From: an uncultured Aquabacterium sp.
GTDB lineage: Bacteria; Pseudomonadota; Gammaproteobacteria; Burkholderiales; Burkholderiaceae_C
Assembly (NCBI GenBank): GCA_964453105.1
Contig: CAYVOP010000002.1
Span: forward strand, 6,321 to 70,320
DNA: 64,000 nt
Direction: 5' to 3'
A program made the position numbers and the translations under genes. Each line of letters starts with the position of its first letter. The first letter of the stretch is position 1. The notes beneath the pieces were generated by a model. That model worked only from the letters and a program-made list of their open reading frames with translations. It ran no database searches and was not told the DNA's origin. Below, piece by piece: positions 10,034 to 19,764 of this stretch.

Positions 10034-10727
10034 GGGCCTGTCCGCGCCCTCTCGGCGCACGATCGATGCCCCCACCCGAGTCTTTCACGGCCTGATGGCG
10101 CTGTCGTTTGTGGGCGCCTATGCCAGTGCCGACAGCGAGCGCTGGCGGCTGCTTCACATCACCCTGGGCTACACCATGTTGGGGCTGATGGGGTTTCGTT
10201 TGGTCTGGTTTCTGATGGGGCCCAAGCCTTCACGCTGGCAGGCCTGGCGTGCGCGCTGGCAGGCTGCCAAGCAGTCTGTCTCAGCCTTGTTTCAGGGGGC
10301 TGGGCGTGTCGCGCCTTTGGTGGCGGGCGCTCAAACTGCGCTGTTGTTGGCCGTGCTGGTGGTGGCCATGCTGGTGCCATTGAGCGGCCATGCCCTGGAT
10401 CAGGGCTGGTGGGGCGATGCCCTGGAAGATGTGCATGAAGCAGCGGGCGAAGCCTTGCTGGCTTTGATCCTGGCGCACATCACCGTTGCGTTGGTCAGTG
10501 GCTGGGTTCGGTCGAACAACCCTCTGAAGCAAATGCTGACCGGGCGTGTGCCGGGTTCAGGGCCTGATCTGGTGCCCCACAACCGTGCTTGGCTGGCTGC
10601 AGCGATGCTGGCTCTGGTGTTGGCCTTCTGGTGGAACCAGTGGCAGAGCGGCCCCACCCCCGGTAGCCCTTTGGATCGCGTGGAATGGCGGGTTCAGCAT
10701 CATCACGATGATGACGATGACGATTGA
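10005..10727 (+). CDS. Cytochrome b/b6-domain membrane protein
   Basis: DAPTRVFH, HITLGY, VHE and AHI heme His residues; MLTG; His/Asp-rich tail; GGAG RBS before ATG 10005. Confidence 0.85.
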   Translation: MNTVSASPVEGLSAPSRRTIDAPTRVFHGLMALSFVGAYASADSERWRLLHITLGYTMLGLMGFRLVWFLMGPKPSRWQAWRARWQAAKQSVSALFQGAGRVAPLVAGAQTALLLAVLVVAMLVPLSGHALDQGWWGDALEDVHEAAGEALLALILAHITVALVSGWVRSNNPLKQMLTGRVPGSGPDLVPHNRAWLAAAMLALVLAFWWNQWQSGPTPGSPLDRVEWRVQHHHDDDDDD

Positions 10728-12064
10728 ATCGGCCAGCTCACCTCGACCCGCAGGCCACCCCATTGTTCGGAGCGACCCAATTGCACTTGCGCGTGATGCG
10801 CTTGTGCGATACGGCGAACAATGGACCAGCCCAGCCCACTGCCGGCTTCAGCTGTGCCCGCCACGCGAAAGAAGCGCTCGCCCATTCGAGCCTGGTCTGC
10901 CTCGCTCAGGCCGGGCCCACTGTCTTGCACGCACAAGGTCGCGGCTTGCGGGCTCAGCATCAGGCTGGCTTGAATGTGCGCGGCGGGCGGGCTGTATCGA
11001 ATGGCGTTGTCGATCAGGTTGCGAACCAGCGCGGCCAGCAAGGTGCCATTTCCCTGAATGAGGCAGGGGGTGGGTGCCGCCAGCTCCAAGGTTTGTTGCT
11101 TGCCCAGCGCATGCATGGCCAGATCGGCCATCGCGCCGCGTGCCACGTCGCGCAGGTCCACTGGTGTCATGGGAGGGGCTTCGCCGCTTTCCAGTCTAGC
11201 CAGGGTCAGCAGTTGGTCGATCAGACGGCTGGCCCGATCACAGCCCAGTAGCGTGGCTTGCAATGCATGTTGGCGTGCGTCTTCCTGCTTTTCGTGCAAA
11301 GCCACTTCGGCCTGAGCCCGAATGGCCGCAATCGGGGTGCGCAATTCGTGGGCGGCATCGGCTGTGAAGCGTCGCTCCGACTGCATCAGTACGCCAATGC
11401 GTTGAAGCAAGTCGTTGAGAGCGGCCAGCATGGGGGCCATTTCGCTTGGTGGATGCGCCAACTCGACGGGTTCCAGGGCCAGTGCCGGACGTTGCTGCAA
11501 AAGCTGCCCCAGCCGGCGCAAGGGTTGGACTCCCTGGTGAACCGACCACCCAATTGCCAACCCCAGAACCGGCAGCGCCACCAGCATAGGCCACAGGGTG
11601 CTGCGCAGCCAGGCCATCAAAATGGCTGATCGCGATTCGACTTGCTCGCCCACGAACACCTGCACATCTCGGTCGCGCCCGGTGGTGGCAAAAACCCGCC
11701 AGGCCACGCCATCGACCACCACGGTCTGGAACCCTCTGGGGGCTGAGCCAGGTTGGGCCAGAAAGGCTTGTGCCGGGGCATTCGCAGAATGGGCCAAGGC
11801 CTGACCTTTGTGGAAGATCTGAAAGGCGACCTTCGGTGCATAGCGATGCAAGGTGGGGGCATCGAGGTGTGCATCCTCGTCCAGTTCATGCGATTGCTGG
11901 GCGACCAGCAGTGCGGCTGCCTGGGCCAGGTGGCCATCCAGCAATTCATCCAGCTCGTGCCGGGCATCCCACCAGGCCGTGGCCGTGGCCATCAGCCACA
12001 CAGTGCAGACCAAGGCCAGCAATAACGCCGTGAGCCGCCCCTGCAATGAGCGCGGTTCCGTCAT
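10703..12064 (-). CDS. QseC/PmrB-like sensor histidine kinase
   Basis: Two TM segments; ELDELLD periplasmic motif; FTADAAHELRTP H-box; N and G boxes. Confidence 0.92.
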   Translation of the reverse strand: MTEPRSLQGRLTALLLALVCTVWLMATATAWWDARHELDELLDGHLAQAAALLVAQQSHELDEDAHLDAPTLHRYAPKVAFQIFHKGQALAHSANAPAQAFLAQPGSAPRGFQTVVVDGVAWRVFATTGRDRDVQVFVGEQVESRSAILMAWLRSTLWPMLVALPVLGLAIGWSVHQGVQPLRRLGQLLQQRPALALEPVELAHPPSEMAPMLAALNDLLQRIGVLMQSERRFTADAAHELRTPIAAIRAQAEVALHEKQEDARQHALQATLLGCDRASRLIDQLLTLARLESGEAPPMTPVDLRDVARGAMADLAMHALGKQQTLELAAPTPCLIQGNGTLLAALVRNLIDNAIRYSPPAAHIQASLMLSPQAATLCVQDSGPGLSEADQARMGERFFRVAGTAEAGSGLGWSIVRRIAQAHHAQVQLGRSEQWGGLRVEVSWPIQSSSSSS

Positions 12065-12735
12065 GGGCTGGCCCTCTGGTCCCGCATCAACATATAGCCC
12101 ACGCCGCGAATGGTCTGAATGCGTTGACTACCCAGCTTCTTGCGCAAGTGGTGAATGTGAACTTCAACGGCGTTGCTGTCGACTTCCTGCCCCCAGCTAT
12201 AGAGCTGCTGTTCGATCTGTTCTCGAGACAGCACGCGCCCGGCGCTCAGCATCAAGGTGTGCAACAGGTCGAACTCTCGTGGTGACAAGGCGACCGGTTC
12301 ACCTGCAAGGGTGACCATGCGCGAGGCGGCGTCCAGGGTCAGGTCTTGGACACGCAACTGTTCCTGCGGTTGCCCATGCGCACGCCTGATCTGGGCGCGC
12401 AAGCGGGCTCCCAACTCCTGCAGGTCAATGGGCTTGAGAAGGTAGTCATCCGCCCCCAGGTCCAGCCCGCGTACCCGGTCGGTGATGGCATCGCGCGCGG
12501 TCAGAACCAGAATGGGAAGGGTGTGGCCCGAGGCGCGCACCTTGGCCAACACATCCATGCCATCCATGCGCGGCAGGCCCAGGTCGAGTACGGCTGCGGC
12601 GTAGTCCTGGCTGCGCAATTCGCGATCGGCTGCCACGCCATCGCGCACCCAGTCCACCTGGAAGCCCATTTGGCGCAAGCCTGCCTGCAGACCATCTCCC
12701 AGTAAAGGGTCGTCTTCCGCAAGCAGGATGCGCAT
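12061..12735 (-). CDS. QseB/PmrA-like OmpR-family response regulator
   Basis: MRILLAEDD, VLDLGLP, GADDYLLKP, VEVHIHHLRKKLG...TIRGVGY. Confidence 0.95.
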   Translation of the reverse strand: MRILLAEDDPLLGDGLQAGLRQMGFQVDWVRDGVAADRELRSQDYAAAVLDLGLPRMDGMDVLAKVRASGHTLPILVLTARDAITDRVRGLDLGADDYLLKPIDLQELGARLRAQIRRAHGQPQEQLRVQDLTLDAASRMVTLAGEPVALSPREFDLLHTLMLSAGRVLSREQIEQQLYSWGQEVDSNAVEVHIHHLRKKLGSQRIQTIRGVGYMLMRDQRASP

Positions 12736-12796
12736 GGTGGCAGTCTCCGGTGAATCGCAAGGGGCCAGATAACAAGTCTACCCCTGCGATGCCACC

Positions 12797-14380
12797 TTAA
12801 GCCACACCTGCTTGCACCAGCAAGGCTCCGGCGCGACGCATCTCCTGGGATTGGGTAGATCTTGCAGGGCTGTGGGCCAGAGGCTTCAGTTTGAAGAAGG
12901 TCATGGCTTGCTGCAGCTGCTCGGCCTGACTGCTGAGCTCCTCGGCTGTGGCGGCCAATTCTTCCGAACTCGATGCATTCTGCTGGGTGGTTTCGCCCAA
13001 GTGTGACACCGCCGAGTTGATTTGCCCCACACCTGACGACTGTTCTTCCGAGGCGGTGGCAATTTCCTGGATCAACTGTGCCGTGCGGCGAATGTTGGGC
13101 ACCATGCGCTCCAGCAATTCGCCGGCCCGTTCGGCCTGCTGCACACTGCTGTCGGCCACTTGGCTGATTTCCTGGGCGGCATCCTGGCTGCGCTCGGCCA
13201 GTTTACGAACCTCTTCGGCCACCACGGCAAAGCCCATGCCGTGCTCACCCGCTCGTGCCGCTTCGATGGCTGCGTTCAAGGCCAGCAAATTGGTCTGGTA
13301 GGCAATGTCATCGATGATGCCGATCTTGGCGGCAATCTGCTTCATGGCGGTGACGGTGGCTTTCACGGCTTCCCCGCCCTCGATGGAATCGGTGGCGGCT
13401 TGGCTGGCCATGTTCTCGGTGAGTCGTGCGTTTTGGGAGTTCTGTTCGATGGACGCAGCCATCTCTTCCATTGACGCCCCGCACTCTTCCACGCCCGAGG
13501 CCTGCTCTCCGGCCGATTGCGACAGACTCTGCGCGGTGGCGCTGACTTCTTCCGACGCGCTCGCCAATGACTCGGCGTTCATGTTCACTTCCGACACGAT
13601 GGCCGACAACTTGTGCACCATGTTCCGCATAGCCTGCAGCATTTGCCCGGTCTCGTCTTGGCTGTGTACCACCACTTCCACGCTCAGGTTGCCATCAGCC
13701 AGTTCGTTGGCCACATGTACCGCCTGGCGCAAGGGGCGAGTGATGCTGATGATGACCCAGACGGCTGCGCCAATGGCCAACATGATGGCGCAGGCGGTCA
13801 AAGCCAAGGTAGTCTGGCGTGCCACGTCGTATTGCTTTTCAGCATCGGCGCTGGCTTGAGACATCAACTCGGCCTGAAAGTCGACCAGGTTCTGCACATT
13901 GCCGTTGTAGGCCTTCAAGACTGGCTGCAATTCGCCAAGCAGATAGCGGCCGGCTTCCTGGCGCTTGCCATCGTTCACGAGCTGCAAGACTCGGTTCTGT
14001 CCGGCAATGAATGCCGCGCGCGAGTCCTTGATGCTCTGCAAAATGACCTTGCCCTTTTCCAACGTGATCATGGGCTCCATCTTGGCGAGGCTTTCGCCAA
14101 TGCGTTTGCGAGCTTCCATGATCTTGTCTTCCTCATCGCGGGCCTGTTCGGCCGTTTCGCTGATGATGGCATTGCGCATGTAGCGCGCAATGTTGTTGAC
14201 CTCTTGGTTGATTTGTGCGGCCAAAGCCACTTTGACGTATCGGTCGTTCACCATGAGGTCAACCTCACGGTTCATCTTTGCCATGCCGGACAGGCCTAGA
14301 TAGGCCACCGCCAACAGCAATGTGATCAGCAGGCCAAAGCCCAGAGACAGCCGCAACGAGATCTTCATATTCTTGAACAC
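12797..14380 (-). CDS. Methyl-accepting chemotaxis protein (4HB ligand domain-HAMP-MA)
   Basis: Two TM segments; HAMP; [40 protein letters not shown]. Confidence 0.95.
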   Translation of the reverse strand: MFKNMKISLRLSLGFGLLITLLLAVAYLGLSGMAKMNREVDLMVNDRYVKVALAAQINQEVNNIARYMRNAIISETAEQARDEEDKIMEARKRIGESLAKMEPMITLEKGKVILQSIKDSRAAFIAGQNRVLQLVNDGKRQEAGRYLLGELQPVLKAYNGNVQNLVDFQAELMSQASADAEKQYDVARQTTLALTACAIMLAIGAAVWVIISITRPLRQAVHVANELADGNLSVEVVVHSQDETGQMLQAMRNMVHKLSAIVSEVNMNAESLASASEEVSATAQSLSQSAGEQASGVEECGASMEEMAASIEQNSQNARLTENMASQAATDSIEGGEAVKATVTAMKQIAAKIGIIDDIAYQTNLLALNAAIEAARAGEHGMGFAVVAEEVRKLAERSQDAAQEISQVADSSVQQAERAGELLERMVPNIRRTAQLIQEIATASEEQSSGVGQINSAVSHLGETTQQNASSSEELAATAEELSSQAEQLQQAMTFFKLKPLAHSPARSTQSQEMRRAGALLVQAGVA

Positions 14381-14488
14381 GTGGACTCCCAGGCAAAGTT
14401 CAGATGTGTTCCAGATATCGTCCGCGGTTCACCGCAACGCACCGACTTGGCGTGAAAAATGCGCTTGTTTGGTGCAATTCATTGCGCT

Positions 14489-14502
14489 TTGATCTGTCGC
14501 AA
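14489..14502 (-). promoter_or_regulatory. Putative FNR-type box TTGAT-CTGT-CGCAA upstream of the MCP
   Basis: 8/10 match to TTGAT-N4-ATCAA, about 115 bp upstream of the MCP start. Confidence 0.45.
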
Positions 14503-14605
14503 GGAATAAAAAGCGAGTGGCTTCAGGTGTGAGGTAATCCTCTTGTCAGGATGTCCTTGTGGCGTAGGTCGGATGCCTTGCCATTGGGGGTAGGCTTTCG
14601 TGGGG

Positions 14606-15622
14606 TCAGGCCATCACTCTTTGCGCCATCTGGGTATATAGGCTGATGCCGATCAGGATGTTGAACGGGAAAGTCATGCCAAGAGACAGGCTGAAGTAGA
14701 GCGTGGGGTTGGCTTCTGGAATGGCATGGCGAACCACGGCTGGCACAGCAATGTAGGAGGCGCTGGCGGCCAAGGTCATCAGCAATATGGTGTTGCCCAG
14801 CGATACGCCCACCAGGCAGGCCAGGCCCAAGGCCAGGGACGCATGAATCAACGGGGCGCCCAGCGCATACAAGAGCAGCCAGGGCGACTGTCCCTTGAGG
14901 CCACTCATATTGCGAGCTGCCAGCAAGCCCATGTCGAGCAGGAAGAAAGCCAGCATGCCTTTGAACAAGTCTCCGGCAAACGGTTGCATGGCCTTTTGCC
15001 CCGCTGCGCCGCTGACGATGCCAATGAGCATGGCCCCCAGGAGCAGCAGTTGTGCACCGTCTGTCAAAGACTCATGTAGCACGTGGCGCAGCGAATGCGG
15101 TTGGGCGCGCTTGTGCGTTGTCTGGCTTGACTGAGCTGTTGGGAGGGCTGTGGATTGGGCCGCAGCCTGCTTCTGGCGTAGCCAGTTCGACAGCACGATG
15201 GCAATCAGGATGGCGGGGGACTCCATCAGGGCCATGGCGGCAGCCATGTGCCCCCCAAAGGCCACGCCGCGGTTATCCAGATACTGCGTGGCGGTGATGA
15301 AGGTCACTGCGCTCACCGAACCATAGGTCGCGGCAATGGCTGCGGCATCGAAGGCGCTGACCAGTCGGCGCAGCACCCCATAAGCCAGTAGGGGCACGAC
15401 CAAGGCCAGCAGTACGGCCAACCCCAGTGTGGCGGTGACTTCCTCGGTCAAGCCCGATCGGGCCAGCGCGAAGCCGCCTTTGAGGCCCAGGGCCATCAGC
15501 AAGTACAGCGACAAAAAGCGCGATATGGGGGGGGGAATTTCGAGGTTGGAGCGCACCAGGCCTGCAGCCATGCCGAACACGAAAAACAGAATGGCGGGAT
15601 CCAGAAACGCTTGGAACGACAT
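14606..15622 (-). CDS. SbtA-family sodium-dependent bicarbonate transporter
   Basis: DPAILFF, YLLMALGLKGG, ATYGSVSAVTF, MESPAI, ASASYIAVPA, TFPFNI. Start moved to ATG 15622. Confidence 0.9.
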   Translation of the reverse strand: MSFQAFLDPAILFFVFGMAAGLVRSNLEIPPPISRFLSLYLLMALGLKGGFALARSGLTEEVTATLGLAVLLALVVPLLAYGVLRRLVSAFDAAAIAATYGSVSAVTFITATQYLDNRGVAFGGHMAAAMALMESPAILIAIVLSNWLRQKQAAAQSTALPTAQSSQTTHKRAQPHSLRHVLHESLTDGAQLLLLGAMLIGIVSGAAGQKAMQPFAGDLFKGMLAFFLLDMGLLAARNMSGLKGQSPWLLLYALGAPLIHASLALGLACLVGVSLGNTILLMTLAASASYIAVPAVVRHAIPEANPTLYFSLSLGMTFPFNILIGISLYTQMAQRVMA

Positions 15623-15704
15623 GCAAAACAACCAGACAAGCACACAGGTCGAGACTGTGGCTTTTTGCGGTCATGCTGTAAAGTGATATGTTCTGATGTA
15701 AATG

Positions 15705-15719
15705 ATCAACTTATTTGAT
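15705..15719. promoter_or_regulatory. LysR-type T-N11-A palindrome ATCAA-N5-TTGAT
   Basis: Perfect 5-bp arms in the divergent sbtA/lysR gap, overlapping the LysR start. Confidence 0.6.
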
Positions 15720-16671
15720 GAATAACATGACCACTCCCACAGGGCTGGATCGGGTGCCTCGCGCCACCCTGATTCAGTTACGCAGTTTCGAGGCGGTAGC
15801 CCGGCTGGGTGGGGTGGGGCGTGCGGCCAAGGCATTGCACCTGGCGCAATCGACCGTGTCCATGCAACTCAAAGAGTTGACTGAAGCCGTGGGGGTGGCC
15901 TTGTTCGAGCCCTTGGGGCGGGGGCTGATCCTGACCCAGCACGGCGAGGTGCTGCTGCAAACGGTGCGGGAATTGTTTTCAGTCTGGCAACGTTTCGAAG
16001 ACCAGTCCGCTGAATTGCAGGGGCTCAAGCGTGGGCGCTTGCGCATCGCGGCGGTGACCACCACCGAATATTTCTTGCCCGACCTGTTGGGGCCTTTCGC
16101 GCGGGAGCACCCGGGCATTGACATTGAATTGACCGTGCAGAACCGCGATGCCGTCGTAGCCAGATTGGAACGCGGAGAAGACGAACTGGCGGCCATGATG
16201 CTGCCACCGAGTCACCTGCCCCTGAACCGTTGGCCCTTTCTGGAAAACCCACTGGTGGTGATCGCTCCGGCGGCACACCCTCTGGCGCAGCGCAAACGGT
16301 TGAAGCTGAGTCAGCTGATTGACCAGCCCTTGCTAGTTCGTGAGGCAGGTTCCGGCACGCGCCTGGCTACAGAGCAATTTCTTGCCGAGCATGGTGTGCA
16401 ATGGAACCCCCGCATGGCGTTGGGGAGCAACGAGGCCATCAAGCACGCGGTGCGGGCTGGCCTGGGGCTGGCCGTCTTGTCGCGCCACACTTTGTCTGAA
16501 GACTTGTCGGGCACGGGGGTCACGGTGTTGCCGGTGGCAGGGTTTCCCATTCGGCGTATGTGGCACCTGGTCTGGCGCAAAGACCGGCCTCTTTCATTGG
16601 CGGCGCGAACTTTGCTGCAAGATCTGCGGCGTCATCTGGGGGTGCGCGCGCAGCCCACCCCGCAATCCTGA
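15718..16671 (+). CDS. LysR regulator, CbbR/CmpR-like
   Basis: TLIQLRSFEAVAR...LHLAQSTVSMQLKEL HTH; REAGSGTR; GSNEAIKHAV. Confidence 0.92.
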   Translation: MNNMTTPTGLDRVPRATLIQLRSFEAVARLGGVGRAAKALHLAQSTVSMQLKELTEAVGVALFEPLGRGLILTQHGEVLLQTVRELFSVWQRFEDQSAELQGLKRGRLRIAAVTTTEYFLPDLLGPFAREHPGIDIELTVQNRDAVVARLERGEDELAAMMLPPSHLPLNRWPFLENPLVVIAPAAHPLAQRKRLKLSQLIDQPLLVREAGSGTRLATEQFLAEHGVQWNPRMALGSNEAIKHAVRAGLGLAVLSRHTLSEDLSGTGVTVLPVAGFPIRRMWHLVWRKDRPLSLAARTLLQDLRRHLGVRAQPTPQS

Positions 16672-16684
16672 TCTAGGTTTATTC

Positions 16685-17482
16685 ATGTCTCTCTCACCCC
16701 AAGCCATTGCCTCGGCGGCCACCATCCTCTGTCAGCGCCGCCGAACCGGAACGCAGGGGCCCGTGCTGCCTGATGCGTGTCGCCCTCAGACCTTGAGCGA
16801 TGCCTGGTCTGTCCAGCAAGGCGTGGCCGCCCAGTTTGCTCAGATGGGTGATGCCGTGGGGGGCTGGAAGTGCGGTACCCCCGCGCCAGATCGGCTGGTG
16901 GTGGCGCCGATCTATCGCAGCACCGTGCATCATCAAGATACGAGCCCCGTGTGGGCGCACGATGGGCGAGTTCGGGTCGAACCGGAGCTGGCCTTTGTGT
17001 TGGCGCACGACTTGCCGCCCCGTTCGCAGGCGTATTCCCGGGCCGAGGTGGAGGCGGCTTTGGCCAGCGCACACCTAGCCCTGGAGTTGATCGACAGCCG
17101 CTACGACGCCCAGGCGCAACTCACCTTTGCCGACAAGCTGGCCGATGGGTTGGTGAACCAAGGGCTGTGGCTGGGGCCTCAGATTCCCGTGCAGCAGGCT
17201 ATCGGCGCTGTAAGCATGCGCATTCGGTGGCGAACCGGGCAGGGGCCCGAACAGCAGCTGGAGGGGGTTCATCCCGATCAGGACCCCTTGGCCCCTCTGG
17301 TCTGGCTGGTCAACTACCTGAGTGAGTGTGGGCAGGGCATGTCAGCCGGTCTGCCAGTGATCACGGGTTCATATGCAGGCACAATCGCGTGCCCGGTCGA
17401 CGAAGCCCTGTATTTCGGTTTTGCTGACTGGCCCGAGATGTCGTTGCGGCTGGCCGCACGGCCACTTGTACGGCCCATCTGA
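16685..17482 (+). CDS. 2-keto-4-pentenoate hydratase-like FAH-superfamily protein
   Basis: GWKCG, VEPELAF, LELIDSR and ITGS motifs. Start moved to ATG 16685. Confidence 0.8.
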   Translation: MSLSPQAIASAATILCQRRRTGTQGPVLPDACRPQTLSDAWSVQQGVAAQFAQMGDAVGGWKCGTPAPDRLVVAPIYRSTVHHQDTSPVWAHDGRVRVEPELAFVLAHDLPPRSQAYSRAEVEAALASAHLALELIDSRYDAQAQLTFADKLADGLVNQGLWLGPQIPVQQAIGAVSMRIRWRTGQGPEQQLEGVHPDQDPLAPLVWLVNYLSECGQGMSAGLPVITGSYAGTIACPVDEALYFGFADWPEMSLRLAARPLVRPI

Positions 17483-17495
17483 TTTTCCCTCTGGC

Positions 17496-18611
17496 ATGAA
17501 CACCGCAGACGCATTCGACGACGATCCGCACGAAGAGTTGGGCGTCAGCGTGGGGGCCAGCCTGGCTGACATCAAAAAGGCCTACCGCCGCTTGGCGGCC
17601 CGCTGGCATCCCGATCGCAACGACGATCCACAGGCCGTGCGGCGGATGCAGCGCATCAATGCGGCTTATCGGCAGTTGTGTGACTGGCTTGGGGCTGGTG
17701 ATTCGGGTGCGCAGCAGGCAGCTGAGGGCAAAAGCGCGCAAGCCAAGCCCGAAGCAGATGCAGATTCGGGTTCGGATGAACCGCCCGCTCGCCGCAAGCG
17801 CGCCTGGTGGGAGCGTGATTGGGGCTCGGCTCGCTGGCAGGCCGATGGGGCCGTGGCTCCGCAAGCCATCCAGGCCTACGCGCACATTGATCTGGAAGAC
17901 GCGGCAAACGGTTGCACCCATGTACTCAAAGGCGCGGTACAGGATTTGTGCGGGGAGTGCCTGGGCGTAGGGCGCTTGGTGTCTGCCAATACCCATTGCT
18001 CACACTGCGATGGCGAGGGGCGCATCCGCTCGGCGTCAGGGCGTTGGACACGTTGTGTGCATTGCTTGGGTGATGGGCAAGAACGAAAGGTGTGTCCATC
18101 ATGTGAGGGTTCTGGTTTGACCAGTGGCACTCGCACTTACCACTTTGAAGTCCGCTTGCCAGCCGGTGTGGCCGACGGGCAAATTGTGAAATTGCGGGGG
18201 CAGGGCCAACGGTGTGGAACGCAGGCCGGTGACATTGATCTTCAAGTAGGCATTCGGCCTCACCCCCTCTTCACCTGGAACGATCGTCAGGAATTGGCTT
18301 GCGTCGTGCCCATTGATGTGTTCAGCCTGTGGCTGGGCCATCCCGTGGAGGTGCCCACGCTGGATGGGCATCGCGTGCGGGTTCGCCTGTCAGACGGATT
18401 GGATCAGACCTTGCAGGGGCTGGGCTACCCTGATCGACAAGGCCAAGCAGGCCCGTTGCATGTGCATTTCGAAACCGTCACGCCTCAGCAATGGACAGCC
18501 GAGCAACGCGAGTGGCTGAGCCAGTTGGCGCGCTCGGTGCAGTCCGACGGGGGCGGTTGCCCCGAGCTGGCGCAGTGGCAGAAGAAGCTCAGGCAGCAGG
18601 CGTCGCGTTGA
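17496..18611 (+). CDS. DnaJ paralog (J domain, four CxxCxGxG repeats, C-terminal domain)
   Basis: IKKAYRRLAARWHPDRN; CGECLGVG, CSHCDGEG, CVHCLGDG, CPSCEGSG; GDIDLQVGIRPHPLF. Confidence 0.88.
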   Translation: MNTADAFDDDPHEELGVSVGASLADIKKAYRRLAARWHPDRNDDPQAVRRMQRINAAYRQLCDWLGAGDSGAQQAAEGKSAQAKPEADADSGSDEPPARRKRAWWERDWGSARWQADGAVAPQAIQAYAHIDLEDAANGCTHVLKGAVQDLCGECLGVGRLVSANTHCSHCDGEGRIRSASGRWTRCVHCLGDGQERKVCPSCEGSGLTSGTRTYHFEVRLPAGVADGQIVKLRGQGQRCGTQAGDIDLQVGIRPHPLFTWNDRQELACVVPIDVFSLWLGHPVEVPTLDGHRVRVRLSDGLDQTLQGLGYPDRQGQAGPLHVHFETVTPQQWTAEQREWLSQLARSVQSDGGGCPELAQWQKKLRQQASR

Positions 18612-19521
18612 AGGTGCCGCTGAGCAACTCGCCCAGGCGCTCCACCCCCATGCGGAACCCGCAAGCCTGAGGGTGCCCGCCGCCGCCCATGGCTTCAGCC
18701 AGGGGAATGGCGTTGAAGGTGCGCACGGCCCGCAGGCTGACTTTCACGATGTTGTCCTTGGACACCGTCCACATCAGGGCGAAACCATCGCATTGCGCCG
18801 CCAGAATGTTGCCCACTTCACTGGTGAACACGCCAGGGCAGTTCACCATCAAGCCGGTCTGACCATTGAAAGTGATGGGGGCGGCGCTGCTGGCAATGTC
18901 TTGCGCCAGCGACAGGAATTTTTCATTCATGGCCTTGCCGCGTTCGCTGAACTCGGCAATTTGTGCGGGCGTGAAGTCGGCAATTTCCGACCAGCGTGGG
19001 AACTCGTTGGGCTCCATGTCCAGCGCAGCCAGGAAAGCGGCACTCTCGGGGTAGGCCCAGGTCCACAGATCGCGGTCTTGCACATAGCGCACCAAGGCCG
19101 GGGCTTCTTGTTCGGGGAAGAAGAACTTCCACGCCAGCATGGCGCCCGATTGGCTCATGTCGAAATGCACGGCACCGCAACGGCATTGGAATCCGTTGAG
19201 CTTGTCTGCGGCGCTTTGGTGGTGGTCGAGCATCACCAGTTGGCGGGCCTGCTCGTCCAGCGCCGACATCAATTCCGCATCAAACGAAAAATCGAGGATG
19301 TAGACCGCGCGACCCGCCAACTCGGGCAGGTCGGTCAGGGAGGTGCCTTTGCTGTGGCTCAGACCCAGGTACTCGCCGCGGCCGCCAAAAAAGCGCCAGG
19401 CCGCCATGGCGGCGGCAAAGCCATCGGGGCACTTGCCGTGATACAGCACAAGCGGGTTGGTCTCGTTGGGGTCTGGGCGAATGGCCAGGCCCGGCAGGCT
19501 GGTGAAAAGTCCGTTTGCCAT
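18589..19521 (-). CDS. DHH/DHHA1-family phosphoesterase
   Basis: YHGKCPDG, ILDFS, LDHH and GGGHPQACGF motifs. Confidence 0.85.
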   Translation of the reverse strand: MANGLFTSLPGLAIRPDPNETNPLVLYHGKCPDGFAAAMAAWRFFGGRGEYLGLSHSKGTSLTDLPELAGRAVYILDFSFDAELMSALDEQARQLVMLDHHQSAADKLNGFQCRCGAVHFDMSQSGAMLAWKFFFPEQEAPALVRYVQDRDLWTWAYPESAAFLAALDMEPNEFPRWSEIADFTPAQIAEFSERGKAMNEKFLSLAQDIASSAAPITFNGQTGLMVNCPGVFTSEVGNILAAQCDGFALMWTVSKDNIVKVSLRAVRTFNAIPLAEAMGGGGHPQACGFRMGVERLGELLSGTFNATPAA

Positions 19522-19764
19522 GGTGGGTTCGAAGCTAAAGGTCAGCAGTGTAGGGCGATCAGGTTGAAAACAGATGACCTAGTACTACCCCGTATACAAC
19601 TGTGCGAGAAATGCTTCGCGTTAACCCTGGCTTTGCATGAGGAAGCAATCGGTTTGCATGCTTGCGCAAGAAATGAGAGGGGGCATTTTTAACAATGACC
19701 TGGCACCTGATTCAGGCTCAAGGTGCGCAGAGAGCCTCTTATTCGACAAGCAACAGGACAAGAC

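Noticed and set aside
14381-14605. Possible c-di-GMP riboswitch or sigma28 promoter upstream of the MCP
   Set aside because: No GEMM core motifs and no properly spaced TAAA/GCCGATAA were found by eye. An Infernal/Rfam scan would be decisive.
16340-17495. N-terminal extensions of the hydratase (from 16340) and DnaJ (from 17373) ORFs
   Set aside because: They overlap upstream genes and are artefacts of taking the longest ORF.
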